64,000 nucleotides of DNA. Origin: Myxococcota bacterium (GTDB lineage: Bacteria > Myxococcota > XYA12-FULL-58-9 > JABJBS01). The stretch spans positions 1 through 64,000 of the forward strand of contig JAYZAY010000001.1 in the NCBI GenBank assembly GCA_036339465.1, in the 5' to 3' direction. A program made the translations under genes and the position numbers. This document shows positions 40,726-50,073 of this stretch, piece after piece; position 1 is the stretch's first letter; the number at the start of each line of letters is the position of its first letter. Under the pieces are notes generated by a model. That model did not search any database. It saw only the letters and a list, made by a program, of their open reading frames with translations, and was not told the origin of the DNA.

Positions 40726-41151
40726 CTTGCTGCCTCAGTCTAAGACCATCCCCCCCCGGGTACGATCAGGTGCTACGAATTCCGACACGGTGGTTTTTGC
40801 CTGCTTCTTCCAGAGGTTGCAGATAAATTCAACACAAATAAAATCTATTTAATGATCAAAAAACTCATTTTTGACACGAGGCGCCAGAAATAGGCTGCAA
40901 GCCGCCATTTCGTTGATAAAATGATATGTTTTGGCCGAAGGGATTTCCCCTTCGTAGGTCCTAATATATATTCAAACGATCATATTCTTCTCAGGAATTC
41001 ACAGATTCTAATTGACTGCCCCTTCAGAACCGTATCCTAAGGAGATTGTGTAGCACATGACCTTCAACCTCTGACGAACGTTGAAAGCCATCATCGAGGC
41101 TACAGAAAACCTAGCTTTGAGCATTGTTATGACGTGGAGGCAAATTAAAAA

Positions 41152-41454
41152 ATGAGCCGCATAAACAACAGTAGTAATCCTAGTTCCCCTCTTCCCTTTA
41201 GCTGTGCACCCGCCGATGAAAAGGAAGGCGAATTCGACAGTTATGATGACGATGACGAATACGACGAATACGCGGATGAGGACGATGACGGCTACGACGA
41301 ATACGAAGAAAGATTCTCAGGCAAGGAATCAGCCGCCGATTTTGACGCCTTCGCTAACGATGACCCAGATCCCGAAGACAGCGAAGATGATGATGACGTA
41401 ATCACCACTACAGATAACGAAAAATTTGATGACGAGGAAGAAGATCTCTTTTAA
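41152..41454 (+). CDS. Small, extremely acidic hypothetical protein
   Basis: GGAGG upstream, ATG start, 42 Asp/Glu in 100 aa encoded with mixed codons, ends DDEEEDLF. Confidence 0.65.
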   Translation: MSRINNSSNPSSPLPFSCAPADEKEGEFDSYDDDDEYDEYADEDDDGYDEYEERFSGKESAADFDAFANDDPDPEDSEDDDDVITTTDNEKFDDEEEDLF

Positions 41455-41612
41455 TGAAGTTCCATCATTGAGTTCGATTTCTCAGGGGAGCCCTGTCGCC
41501 TCACGCCTGCTTTGCCTTTTTGGCATTCCCTTACAGGACGATAGAACGGTTGGGAGTCAAGGAACTGGGGCGTCCTCCGGTAAGCCCATTCGTTTATAAT
41601 AAGGAACTAGCA

Positions 41613-42671
41613 ATGCTGAAAAAAATAATCGCCCACATTTCTTACTTAATGGTGCCCTTAAGCTGCCTAACATACATGGGTTGCGGTCAAGATACCTTTC
41701 AACAAGGTTTTCAGCCAGACGCAATCGTCCCCGCCGAGGTTAATCTAGGCCCTGCATACCCGGTAAAACCAGGCGATAATCGTTGGTACAGCTTCACCGG
41801 TGAAGTACGGTCATCTGATGCGGAGGCGAACGCCAACGCAGAAACTGGCTTTAATAGTTACGTCTGCATTATGGTCGACAAAGTTCTCGACACAAACACG
41901 GAAACCTACCAAAGTAGCGCGCAAACTTTGGTCGAGGGAAGGGTCAAGATGTCGGGTTTGAATGGTGCCATGACGCCCTTCACAAAGAAGGCAGGGAGCG
42001 CAGCATCCGCTGCTGATATCGAGCCCGACTTGCAGGATTTGCTGCTTAAGAAAATGATCCTTCCGGACTTAACCAATCCCGATTTTCAAACACCTTCAAA
42101 AGTGACCTTCTCCACCCAGGCTGAATCCGTACCCGGCGCAGCTTCAGTACTCGAAAGCCTATTTTTTACAGACCCTCGAGAAACAGAGCGGCAAAAATGG
42201 GGCGGCTGGAATTCTCCTAATCCCGATGTCGAATCCTTTGAAACCATCGTCAAGAACGGCTTCAGCACCGAATTCACCCCTGAATTCATCAGGGACAACA
42301 CAAAATTCAAGGCTCAATTCAAGGCGCCTTTGGGAACCTGTAGTGACAAGACTGATGCCATCGCGTGTGCTGCAGCCTCCTGTAACTGGGGACAAAATGG
42401 ATGTGAAAAACTGTTTCAGGCCAGGGTTGTTTGGAGAACCACCACTGTTGCAGGCGTCTCGGCCATTCACCAGATCAAACTCGAATATTCCAACAATGGC
42501 ATTCTGAACTCTGCCGTTGAGTGGGTTCTACCGGTTTCACCAACCCAGATAGACGGCCCGGTACCGAGTGAAATTCGGGACTGTACGGATGGATGTATCT
42601 CTGCAAGCCTCGTCAGTTACGATAGTTTTTTTAGCAATCCTGATTTTAGTGCAGGTTGTGCGTTTGAATAG
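41613..42671 (+). CDS. Hypothetical lipoprotein
   Basis: AAGGA RBS, MLKK start, lipobox YMGC, Cys-rich insert CSDKTDAIACAAASCNW. Confidence 0.72.
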   Translation: MLKKIIAHISYLMVPLSCLTYMGCGQDTFQQGFQPDAIVPAEVNLGPAYPVKPGDNRWYSFTGEVRSSDAEANANAETGFNSYVCIMVDKVLDTNTETYQSSAQTLVEGRVKMSGLNGAMTPFTKKAGSAASAADIEPDLQDLLLKKMILPDLTNPDFQTPSKVTFSTQAESVPGAASVLESLFFTDPRETERQKWGGWNSPNPDVESFETIVKNGFSTEFTPEFIRDNTKFKAQFKAPLGTCSDKTDAIACAAASCNWGQNGCEKLFQARVVWRTTTVAGVSAIHQIKLEYSNNGILNSAVEWVLPVSPTQIDGPVPSEIRDCTDGCISASLVSYDSFFSNPDFSAGCAFE

Positions 42672-42729
42672 CCATAGCAGGTTTTTTGACACTTTCGTAT
42701 TTTATTAGGAATCATAGTAAGCTTCACCG

Positions 42730-44262
42730 ATGCTCGAAGGGGATCCACCTAGAACTTTCACTGTGACGCACGCTATCGTGTTCTATTGTCTCGGCCTCCT
42801 CATTCTCATCATTACTTCCATCGAACTTTCAACCCTGGTTCCCCGAACGGCAACATTGGTGTACGGTTCCACACAGGTGCTCAAGGGAAACCCTGCTCTG
42901 TTTCGCCTCATCCATGTGACTCCGAAGCATATTACCAAAACGGCGTATAAAGCAGTCGCTTGGCGCTTGGAGAGCCCAGGAAAGGACGTCCTCGCTTCAG
43001 GAAGAGACATCAATGGAATTTTATTTGAGCCGAAAGTATTCATTCCTAAAGAGTCTCCCGACCGCCTCACGCTCTTCTTTACCATCGACTCTTTCGATGA
43101 AGAGGAGATAAGAATCGATCTCCGGGCAAGCACAAAAGCCGTGCCCAAAAGTCTCTTCAGCTTTATCTCCACCGATGAAATTATCCGCTATAAAAAAGCC
43201 AAATCCCCCCCCCCTCCCGTGGAGTTTGCGTTTGAATCTGGTTTCCCTATTCTTTCTTTTACCCAGCAGGGGTTCGCTTGGTCGCCCCTAAAAGATGACC
43301 AGCCCTCAGCCACCCTTCAAACCACCGATTCAAACGTGCTAGCCTTGGCCCCTGCGCCAACCAAGCTCAATATAACGCCTGAGCTAAAGACCGGGGACAT
43401 CGTATTAAGTCATTCCTTCAACCCTGAAAATGAGAAGAAAAAAAAGACTTATCTCAACTGGCGAGCCAAACGTCCAAAGGTCTTAATCCAAGGCATTGAA
43501 CGGCTTCCTGGCCCCGCCCCCACCACAATATCCTACAAGATCCAAGCACTACCGACCAACCAACCCGTGATTGTAGATTTATGGGCGGGAACAACCCTCA
43601 TCGATACCGCTTCTCACACCGCAAGCCGTAAGCCTAGCTACGAAACTTTTTCTCTGCCAAATAATCTCCCACTTTCCCCCTTAACCCTCGTCGCATACCG
43701 CAGCCTTTTGATTCCGGAAGCAGCATCCTCCTGGTCTATAACCTGGCCCGGCATTTCTACTAAAGCATCCATCGACGACACCCTGACACCTTGGATAGAC
43801 GAAACACCGGGGTTCCAAGGGCCTGACAGGGGTGTCACAGAAGCGGCTCTTTCAGATACTGCTTTGTTGAAACTCTATCGACTGCGTCCGCTTCATTATG
43901 AAAACTTCCTCATTCATTCTTCAATCGAACCACAACAACGACGATATGAAGCCCTTAAAAAGACCCTCCGCACACGGGTCAATTATGGCCTCGGTTTCTA
44001 CTTCGGAATGGGGGCAGCCCTGCTCCTCTTTTGGATGACACGAAGCTACAAGGCTCGGTTAAAAGCAATTCGTGGCGTTTTCATCGATAGCGCATGGGAC
44101 CAACAACCCACTCATGAAGAAATGAGCCCCGATACTTTGGCTCGACTCACGGCATTTGGAGGCAAACACTCCTTCTTCGGAGCCATGATCGCTTTGGGAG
44201 GATTCTGCGTATTCCTGTACTGGCTTTTACATTTCGTCATTCGCTGGGACTTACCCCTCTGA
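42730..44262 (+). CDS. Hypothetical membrane protein
   Basis: 510 aa ORF with one N-terminal and two C-terminal hydrophobic helices. Confidence 0.7.
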   Translation: MLEGDPPRTFTVTHAIVFYCLGLLILIITSIELSTLVPRTATLVYGSTQVLKGNPALFRLIHVTPKHITKTAYKAVAWRLESPGKDVLASGRDINGILFEPKVFIPKESPDRLTLFFTIDSFDEEEIRIDLRASTKAVPKSLFSFISTDEIIRYKKAKSPPPPVEFAFESGFPILSFTQQGFAWSPLKDDQPSATLQTTDSNVLALAPAPTKLNITPELKTGDIVLSHSFNPENEKKKKTYLNWRAKRPKVLIQGIERLPGPAPTTISYKIQALPTNQPVIVDLWAGTTLIDTASHTASRKPSYETFSLPNNLPLSPLTLVAYRSLLIPEAASSWSITWPGISTKASIDDTLTPWIDETPGFQGPDRGVTEAALSDTALLKLYRLRPLHYENFLIHSSIEPQQRRYEALKKTLRTRVNYGLGFYFGMGAALLLFWMTRSYKARLKAIRGVFIDSAWDQQPTHEEMSPDTLARLTAFGGKHSFFGAMIALGGFCVFLYWLLHFVIRWDLPL

Positions 44263-44409
44263 GAATAAGAACCTTTCTTTCATTTGTCCGGGCAGAACAT
44301 TTGACCCTCCGAATTTATCAAGATTATATAGGTCAGGCGCAATAATTGTTAGTTGGGCGTCGTTAGTGCTAAGTGTGGGCGAAGGATAATATGGAAACAG
44401 GCTGAGCAA

Positions 44410-45750
44410 ATGCACAACATTTTAATCGTACATAACTCCTCTACCATTCGAAAAGTGGCAGAAATCGCTTTTCGCTTTGAACCATTTAGTTTGCATATGG
44501 CAGAGGGAATCAAATCGGCCGAACCCATCATCGCAGAGGTTGAGTTGGACGCTGCACTTATCAACGTAGGGTTACCCGGAGAAGATGCCGCAAATCTTTG
44601 TCAAACCCTCCACAGTAAATTCGGTGATCGGCTTAGGATTATCCTGTTGTCACCGAATGACGCTCCCCTTAATCCGAAACAACTCGAAGAACTTCACGCT
44701 CTGGCCCAAATCGCAAAACCCTTTCAGACCCAAGTTTTAATAGACCAAACTCGAAAGAATCTCGGCCTAAAGATTGAAAAATCTGTAGCGACCATTCGGT
44801 TCGGAGCGGTTGCCCAAGCCCCAGATCCGCTGGGACCACCTGTTTTCGTAGAAGAGCAAGTTTCCTCGGTGACAGCCCCCCTGGCAACCGAGACAATCGA
44901 ACTTTCCCTTGCAGATATTCAAAAGGGTTCCTCAATTATCGCCCCCTCCACTACCCCACCCACACCCATCACCGTACCTGAATTGCTTACGCCCAAAGTT
45001 ATCTATTCCCCTCCCCCTCCCGCCCCTCTCGTCAAAGGGTCCGATACAGAATGGACAGAGGCATCGGTTTCGGAGGCACTCGGAGAAGATAACAACAATA
45101 TAGAGCTGAGCCCTCCGCCAATTGTGTCACAGCAATACACCGAACAATTGACCGATACGCTCGGAGATGCCGAAATAGGTCGAGAGACTCAAACAACTGC
45201 GTCGGCGCCAAATCTAAACGACGTTGATATAGACGAGGATATCACCAACTTCCAAACTCAAGACGGAGAGGGGGTTGAAGGTGCCGAGGAGACACCCGAT
45301 TCGCCCCAAGAAGAGACAAACATACCCTTTGCTCCTCCACCAATCTCGGCTACTGAATATTCGGACGAGAAACCACTTACGCTTGCGACCGCAGCCACAA
45401 CGCCCGACTCCCCTGACGACAACGCTCGTCTACCTTTTGCGCCAGCCCCCGGTCTCCCAACCAACGAGTCCAGAGGCGAGGCCCAAACGGCTGAAAAACT
45501 AACACCCTTTGATCCAATCACGGACTTAACCTGCGATTTACTCACTCGTGAATTCGAACTTTCACATGATCATCCGCTTCTTCCTGAGTTGGACGAAGAA
45601 CAATTGATGCCATTGGTGGAAGCAGCGGTTAAAAAAATTGCCCAGGAGTCAATTGAATCCGTAGTCTGGGAGGTTGTACCACAAATCTGTGAGCTAATTA
45701 TCCGGGAGAGATTATCAGAGATTAATCCCGGCTTGGACTCTCTTCGATAA
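44410..45750 (+). CDS. romR: RomR-like polarity response regulator with pseudo-receiver
   Basis: Receiver with STIRKV and KPFQTQVL, Pro/acidic linker, C-terminal IESVVWEVVPQICELIIRERL matching the RomR C-terminal motif. Confidence 0.8.
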   Translation: MHNILIVHNSSTIRKVAEIAFRFEPFSLHMAEGIKSAEPIIAEVELDAALINVGLPGEDAANLCQTLHSKFGDRLRIILLSPNDAPLNPKQLEELHALAQIAKPFQTQVLIDQTRKNLGLKIEKSVATIRFGAVAQAPDPLGPPVFVEEQVSSVTAPLATETIELSLADIQKGSSIIAPSTTPPTPITVPELLTPKVIYSPPPPAPLVKGSDTEWTEASVSEALGEDNNNIELSPPPIVSQQYTEQLTDTLGDAEIGRETQTTASAPNLNDVDIDEDITNFQTQDGEGVEGAEETPDSPQEETNIPFAPPPISATEYSDEKPLTLATAATTPDSPDDNARLPFAPAPGLPTNESRGEAQTAEKLTPFDPITDLTCDLLTREFELSHDHPLLPELDEEQLMPLVEAAVKKIAQESIESVVWEVVPQICELIIRERLSEINPGLDSLR

Positions 45751-47194
45751 GCCGCTTCAGATCCGTCTCCAATCTCTCGAACAACCCCAACCAGCCACCA
45801 TCCTCATCTTGTCTGTAGAGCCTCATGGACGGATACCAATGGGTATCAGTCCCATGCATTCTCCATCGCCAATCCGGCACCCTCGGTAGTAACAGCCACA
45901 CCGGCTTACCTTGAGCCGCTGCAACATGGGCCACACTGGTATCGGAACTAATCACCAGATCGAGGTTCGAAATCAAACCAGCGCAGTCATTAAACGCTCC
46001 ACCAACTGCATCCAAGGTATCAACTATCAGGAGTTCAGCGAACGAACCCCCATTTTCAGTCAACCCAGGCTGTGGGTTTCGGTGCAGGGAGACAAACGTG
46101 AGTTCGACATTCCGCGCAAGCTTAATAATATACTCCGGCGCAATGGAGCGAAGATAGTCTTCCCGGTAATCGGCGTTGCCTTGCCATGCCACCCCTACAC
46201 GCATAGGGCCAAGCTCCTGAAGGTCGAGCCATTTTTTCCATTTCAGTTTTTGGGCCGGCCGTATTTTTAAGTAGCCCCCCATTGGCGGACTATAATTCGG
46301 AAATACGGCCGCGAGGGACATGATCCCAATCTGTATTTCAGCATCCACACAGTCGCTCTTTGAATGTAGCAGCGCAACCCCCCCACAAGTCATGGTTGCT
46401 AATGGAGTCAACAACTTAGGACAAGCCAGCGTGACACTCGCTGCCACATTTACAAGCGGGGATATATAACGAGCGAACTGTACAAAATCGCCAATTCCTT
46501 GCTCGGAAAAAACCACAACCCGTCTGTTGCTTAGTGGTTGCCTGCCATTCCACAGTGGGATGTTGCGTAATCCCGCGGACATACCAGATAGATGGTGCCG
46601 TGAATCGAAATGGCGCCACCCACTTACCTCATCCCCAAGCATCAACTGACAAATCCCGATATTCCAGCGATAGACATGATTTTCGGCAGCTCTCGACGAT
46701 GCCTCCTCGAAACAATCGAGCGCTTCTTTTAGTTTCCCACGAAGCTTATAAGCACTCCCAAGGTTTGCCCAAAGACGTGGGTCCTCGTTATCCAATTCAA
46801 GGGCTTTCTTGAAATGCTCCGCTGCTTGTAGCGACTCCCTCGCTTCAAGATAACAGGTCCCGATGTCAAATAGCAGGCTTGAGTCCTCAGGAGAGGTTTC
46901 GAGCAGCTTCCCATAGATCTCAATGGCCTCTCTTGTTTGTTTTCGTGCGAGATAAAGCCCCGCTAGATTGGACAGTGACTCCTTGGTCTTTCCGTATTTT
47001 TGTATGCAAGCATTCAATGTTTCTGCTGCAGCGTCGAAACGCTTCAATCTTTTTAGGATATTGCCAATTGCGTTCAGCAGGGTATCATTTTCAAATCCGG
47101 TGCCACGAATTTCCTCAAGTAGCTCTAGGGCACCCATCAGATCCCCTTGCCCCAGTCGTGCCAGGGCCTCTTGATATTTATCTTCAATGCCCAC
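45722..47194 (-). CDS. TPR-repeat glycosyltransferase (GT9-like C-terminus)
   Basis: TPR repeats, then WNG, EQGIGDFVQFARY, VGVAWQGN, LDLVISSDTSVAH, PDWRW, WYPSMRLYRQ. Confidence 0.88.
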   Translation of the reverse strand: MGIEDKYQEALARLGQGDLMGALELLEEIRGTGFENDTLLNAIGNILKRLKRFDAAAETLNACIQKYGKTKESLSNLAGLYLARKQTREAIEIYGKLLETSPEDSSLLFDIGTCYLEARESLQAAEHFKKALELDNEDPRLWANLGSAYKLRGKLKEALDCFEEASSRAAENHVYRWNIGICQLMLGDEVSGWRHFDSRHHLSGMSAGLRNIPLWNGRQPLSNRRVVVFSEQGIGDFVQFARYISPLVNVAASVTLACPKLLTPLATMTCGGVALLHSKSDCVDAEIQIGIMSLAAVFPNYSPPMGGYLKIRPAQKLKWKKWLDLQELGPMRVGVAWQGNADYREDYLRSIAPEYIIKLARNVELTFVSLHRNPQPGLTENGGSFAELLIVDTLDAVGGAFNDCAGLISNLDLVISSDTSVAHVAAAQGKPVWLLLPRVPDWRWRMHGTDTHWYPSMRLYRQDEDGGWLGLFERLETDLKRLIEESPSRD

Positions 47195-47228
47195 CTACCA
47201 ATATCCCCGATCCCTCAGTACGATAAAG

Positions 47229-47942
47229 CTATTTGTCAGCCAAGCAATTGGCCAAGATCCCCTCGGCCTGAATCGTCCGCCTCTGGGAGGCATCAAATCG
47301 TTCCCGGTAAGCAAAACATATGGATTCATCGCCGTCTGTTCGGCGGAGGCAGTCTCTGAAGAACCCTGATTGCTTACTCAGTTCAGCCCTTCTAGTGGCC
47401 AGTTTTTGCTCCAAAGAGGCACACCCTTTCCCTTGAGTTCTCAGTTTTACCTCCAACCCACCACTGCCATTCCCATTTCCTTGGGAACGAGAGACGGAGT
47501 TTAGCGCCTCCTTTGCCTTAAGAGCAACCGCAGATTTTTCGACAGCCTGCTTCAGAAATAGCGGAGGTTTCCAACGGACAGTAGCCAGGCAATAGTGTTT
47601 ACCGGGATCATACGAGAGGTCTTGTACGGATCCATTTACAACACTTTCATTAGCATAGTGATACAGAAGTGGAGTTCCATCAGAAAGCCCCAATGATTCA
47701 GCAACCTCCTCGCCGACATCATCTTGCTCTTGCGCAAATCGGTGCGATACCGCAGCTGCCGCGCGCCTTACAGCCGCTCGACAGGCCTGTGTTTTTCCGA
47801 CCCCCTCTCCAGCCGCACCCGCAACGTAGACCAATCCGCCATCCTGTTCGACCATTTCCACGTAGCTTCCTGCCTTGGTGTGAATACATGACGTTGCAAA
47901 CAGGAAACCCAAAACCGTTAATAATAGCCATCCCAATCGCAT
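47229..47942 (-). CDS. Hypothetical lipoprotein (possibly LPP20-like)
   Basis: Signal MRLGWLLLTVLGFLFATSC, YVAGAAGEG...ACRAA..RA pattern, paired Cys in the C-terminal coiled region. Confidence 0.7.
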   Translation of the reverse strand: MRLGWLLLTVLGFLFATSCIHTKAGSYVEMVEQDGGLVYVAGAAGEGVGKTQACRAAVRRAAAAVSHRFAQEQDDVGEEVAESLGLSDGTPLLYHYANESVVNGSVQDLSYDPGKHYCLATVRWKPPLFLKQAVEKSAVALKAKEALNSVSRSQGNGNGSGGLEVKLRTQGKGCASLEQKLATRRAELSKQSGFFRDCLRRTDGDESICFAYRERFDASQRRTIQAEGILANCLADK

Positions 47943-48104
47943 CTCGCAGACTCCCGTAAATCCATCCTGGGTCAATTTGCCCCGGTGGTCACGACAAGGC
48001 AACCCCCCTCTTCACTCGCCCCTAGGATAATGACGCTTTCATTGGCGTTGAATTCATACTATCTATCAACGATTAAACATGTCCCAGAAAAGAGCCTTAA
48101 ACCC

Positions 48105-49136
48105 ATGACCTCAAGTCTCCATGCAGCTTCAACGGATGCCGTTTTAGCCGACAACAAATCCGACACCACGTTCTTAGACCGTTTCAGTCATCTGAAAAAT
48201 GACGTAATCACCCAGATGCGCCATAGGATTATTGGTCAAGAGCTGATCATCGAGCAACTTCTGATTACCCTATTGTGCAACGGGCACGCGCTCCTCGTCG
48301 GGGTACCTGGTCTCGCTAAAACCAGATTGATTCAAACCCTGGCGGAGGTTATTGCTCTCGATTTTAACAGAGTCCAGTTCACCCCCGACCTAATGCCATC
48401 CGACATCACCGGTACCGACGTCATTCAAACCAGAACTGATGGCTCAAGGGTTTTCGAATTTTCGCCTGGACCGATCTTCACAAACCTCCTACTCGCGGAT
48501 GAAATAAATAGAACCCCCCCGAAAACCCAAGCCGCCTTGCTTCAAGCAATGCAAGAAACGCAAGTAACCATGGGTGGCAACACCCATAATATAGATGCTC
48601 CGCTCTGCGTTTTTGCGACTCAGAATCCAATTGAGCAAGAAGGTACTTATCCCTTACCGGAAGCTCAACTCGACCGGTTTATGCTAATGCTACAGATTGG
48701 GTACCCCTCCGAAGAAGAGGAGCTGGCGATCATTCAAAAAACCACCTCACCAAATATCGGCGCCCCCACGCCAGTACTCAACCGAGATGCAATTTTGGAC
48801 ATTCAGCAATTCATTCCACGTATACCCATATCCGAGTCATTGACCCGCCAAGCAGTCACGATTGTTCGCGCAACCCGACCTGCTGAGAGTTCCTCGCGGC
48901 TGGTACGTGATTTTGTATCCTTTGGAGCGGGCCCGAGAGCGGCCCAGCACCTTGTGATGGCAGCAAAAGCACGGGCCTTTTTATCCGGCCGCCCTACGGT
49001 TGAGACAAACGATTTAGAGGCCCTATTGTTACCGTGTCTCCGCCACCGACTTTCATTAAATTTCCAAAGTAACTTACAGGGAATTAAGGCCGATGAAATC
49101 TTGTCAGACCTATTAACATCCATTCCTCATGGATAA
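48105..49136 (+). CDS. moxR: MoxR-family AAA+ ATPase
   Basis: GVPGLAKT, RVQFTPDLMPSD, LADEINRTPPKTQAALL, NPIEQEGTYPLPEAQLDRF. Confidence 0.95.
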   Translation: MTSSLHAASTDAVLADNKSDTTFLDRFSHLKNDVITQMRHRIIGQELIIEQLLITLLCNGHALLVGVPGLAKTRLIQTLAEVIALDFNRVQFTPDLMPSDITGTDVIQTRTDGSRVFEFSPGPIFTNLLLADEINRTPPKTQAALLQAMQETQVTMGGNTHNIDAPLCVFATQNPIEQEGTYPLPEAQLDRFMLMLQIGYPSEEEELAIIQKTTSPNIGAPTPVLNRDAILDIQQFIPRIPISESLTRQAVTIVRATRPAESSSRLVRDFVSFGAGPRAAQHLVMAAKARAFLSGRPTVETNDLEALLLPCLRHRLSLNFQSNLQGIKADEILSDLLTSIPHG

Positions 49137-50058
49137 CACTGTCAATGAGATGGGTGCCGATCCTGGCCATCTAACAAATGATGACCCAGCACTTTGGGAA
49201 CAAGCTGCGAGACTCCAATTGGTTGCGCAATCGGTGGTTGATCAACAATTGGCCGGTATTCACTTAAGTCCACACAGAGGCCAGTCAATAGAATTTAGCG
49301 AACACCGCCACTATCAACCCGGTGATGACCCCCGCAAAATCGACTGGCGCGCTTTCGGTAAAACAAATAAACTCCATGTCAAAGAATATGAAAATGAGAC
49401 GCGGATGCAGGTGCATTTGGCCCTAGACCACTCCGGCTCTATGGGCTTTCCATCCGAATCCGATAAGATGAGCAAATTCGGTTGGTCAAAACAACTATTT
49501 GCTGTCCTCGCCTATATGTTTATCAAGCAAGGGGATGCGGTTTCGTGCTCAGCCTTCAACAACCGGACAACCGATTATTTAGAATCGAGCAGCGTCCCAA
49601 GCCATCTTGGGAGGGTTCTTCGTGCGTTGACAGGCGTCTCCGCAACAGGCCCCAGCGATTTCGGCAACGTTATTCATGAGGGTAACCGTGAAAAGCGTCG
49701 TCCGACTTTGAATTTCTTCATCAGCGACTTTTTCTCTCCCATGTATGTGGCAAATCTTAATTTCCCTACCATTCCCGTCAATCAAGGTCGTATGGTTGCC
49801 ATCCAAGTTCTAAGCCCCCAAGAAATCCAATTTGCGTTTCAGCAACCAACGTCTTTTAAGTCCCTCGAAGGTCCCGATGAATTGTTTCTCTTCCCAATGC
49901 AAATAAGAAAAACCTATCTAAAGAAATTGAGGGCATACAACAACGCACTCGAGCGCCATTTCCATAAAAGCGGGGCCTATTTTTTTCGTTTTCCCACACA
50001 ACACGACCTGGCATCCGCAGTCACGGAGATGGTATCGGTGATCCAAACAATGCTGTGA
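49129..50058 (+). CDS. DUF58 domain protein
   Basis: GIHLS...GQSIEFSEHRHYQPGDD.R.IDW, DHSGSM, ISDF. Overlaps moxR. Confidence 0.92.
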   Translation: MDNTVNEMGADPGHLTNDDPALWEQAARLQLVAQSVVDQQLAGIHLSPHRGQSIEFSEHRHYQPGDDPRKIDWRAFGKTNKLHVKEYENETRMQVHLALDHSGSMGFPSESDKMSKFGWSKQLFAVLAYMFIKQGDAVSCSAFNNRTTDYLESSSVPSHLGRVLRALTGVSATGPSDFGNVIHEGNREKRRPTLNFFISDFFSPMYVANLNFPTIPVNQGRMVAIQVLSPQEIQFAFQQPTSFKSLEGPDELFLFPMQIRKTYLKKLRAYNNALERHFHKSGAYFFRFPTQHDLASAVTEMVSVIQTML

Positions 50059-50073
50059 CCTTAAAAATTACTG

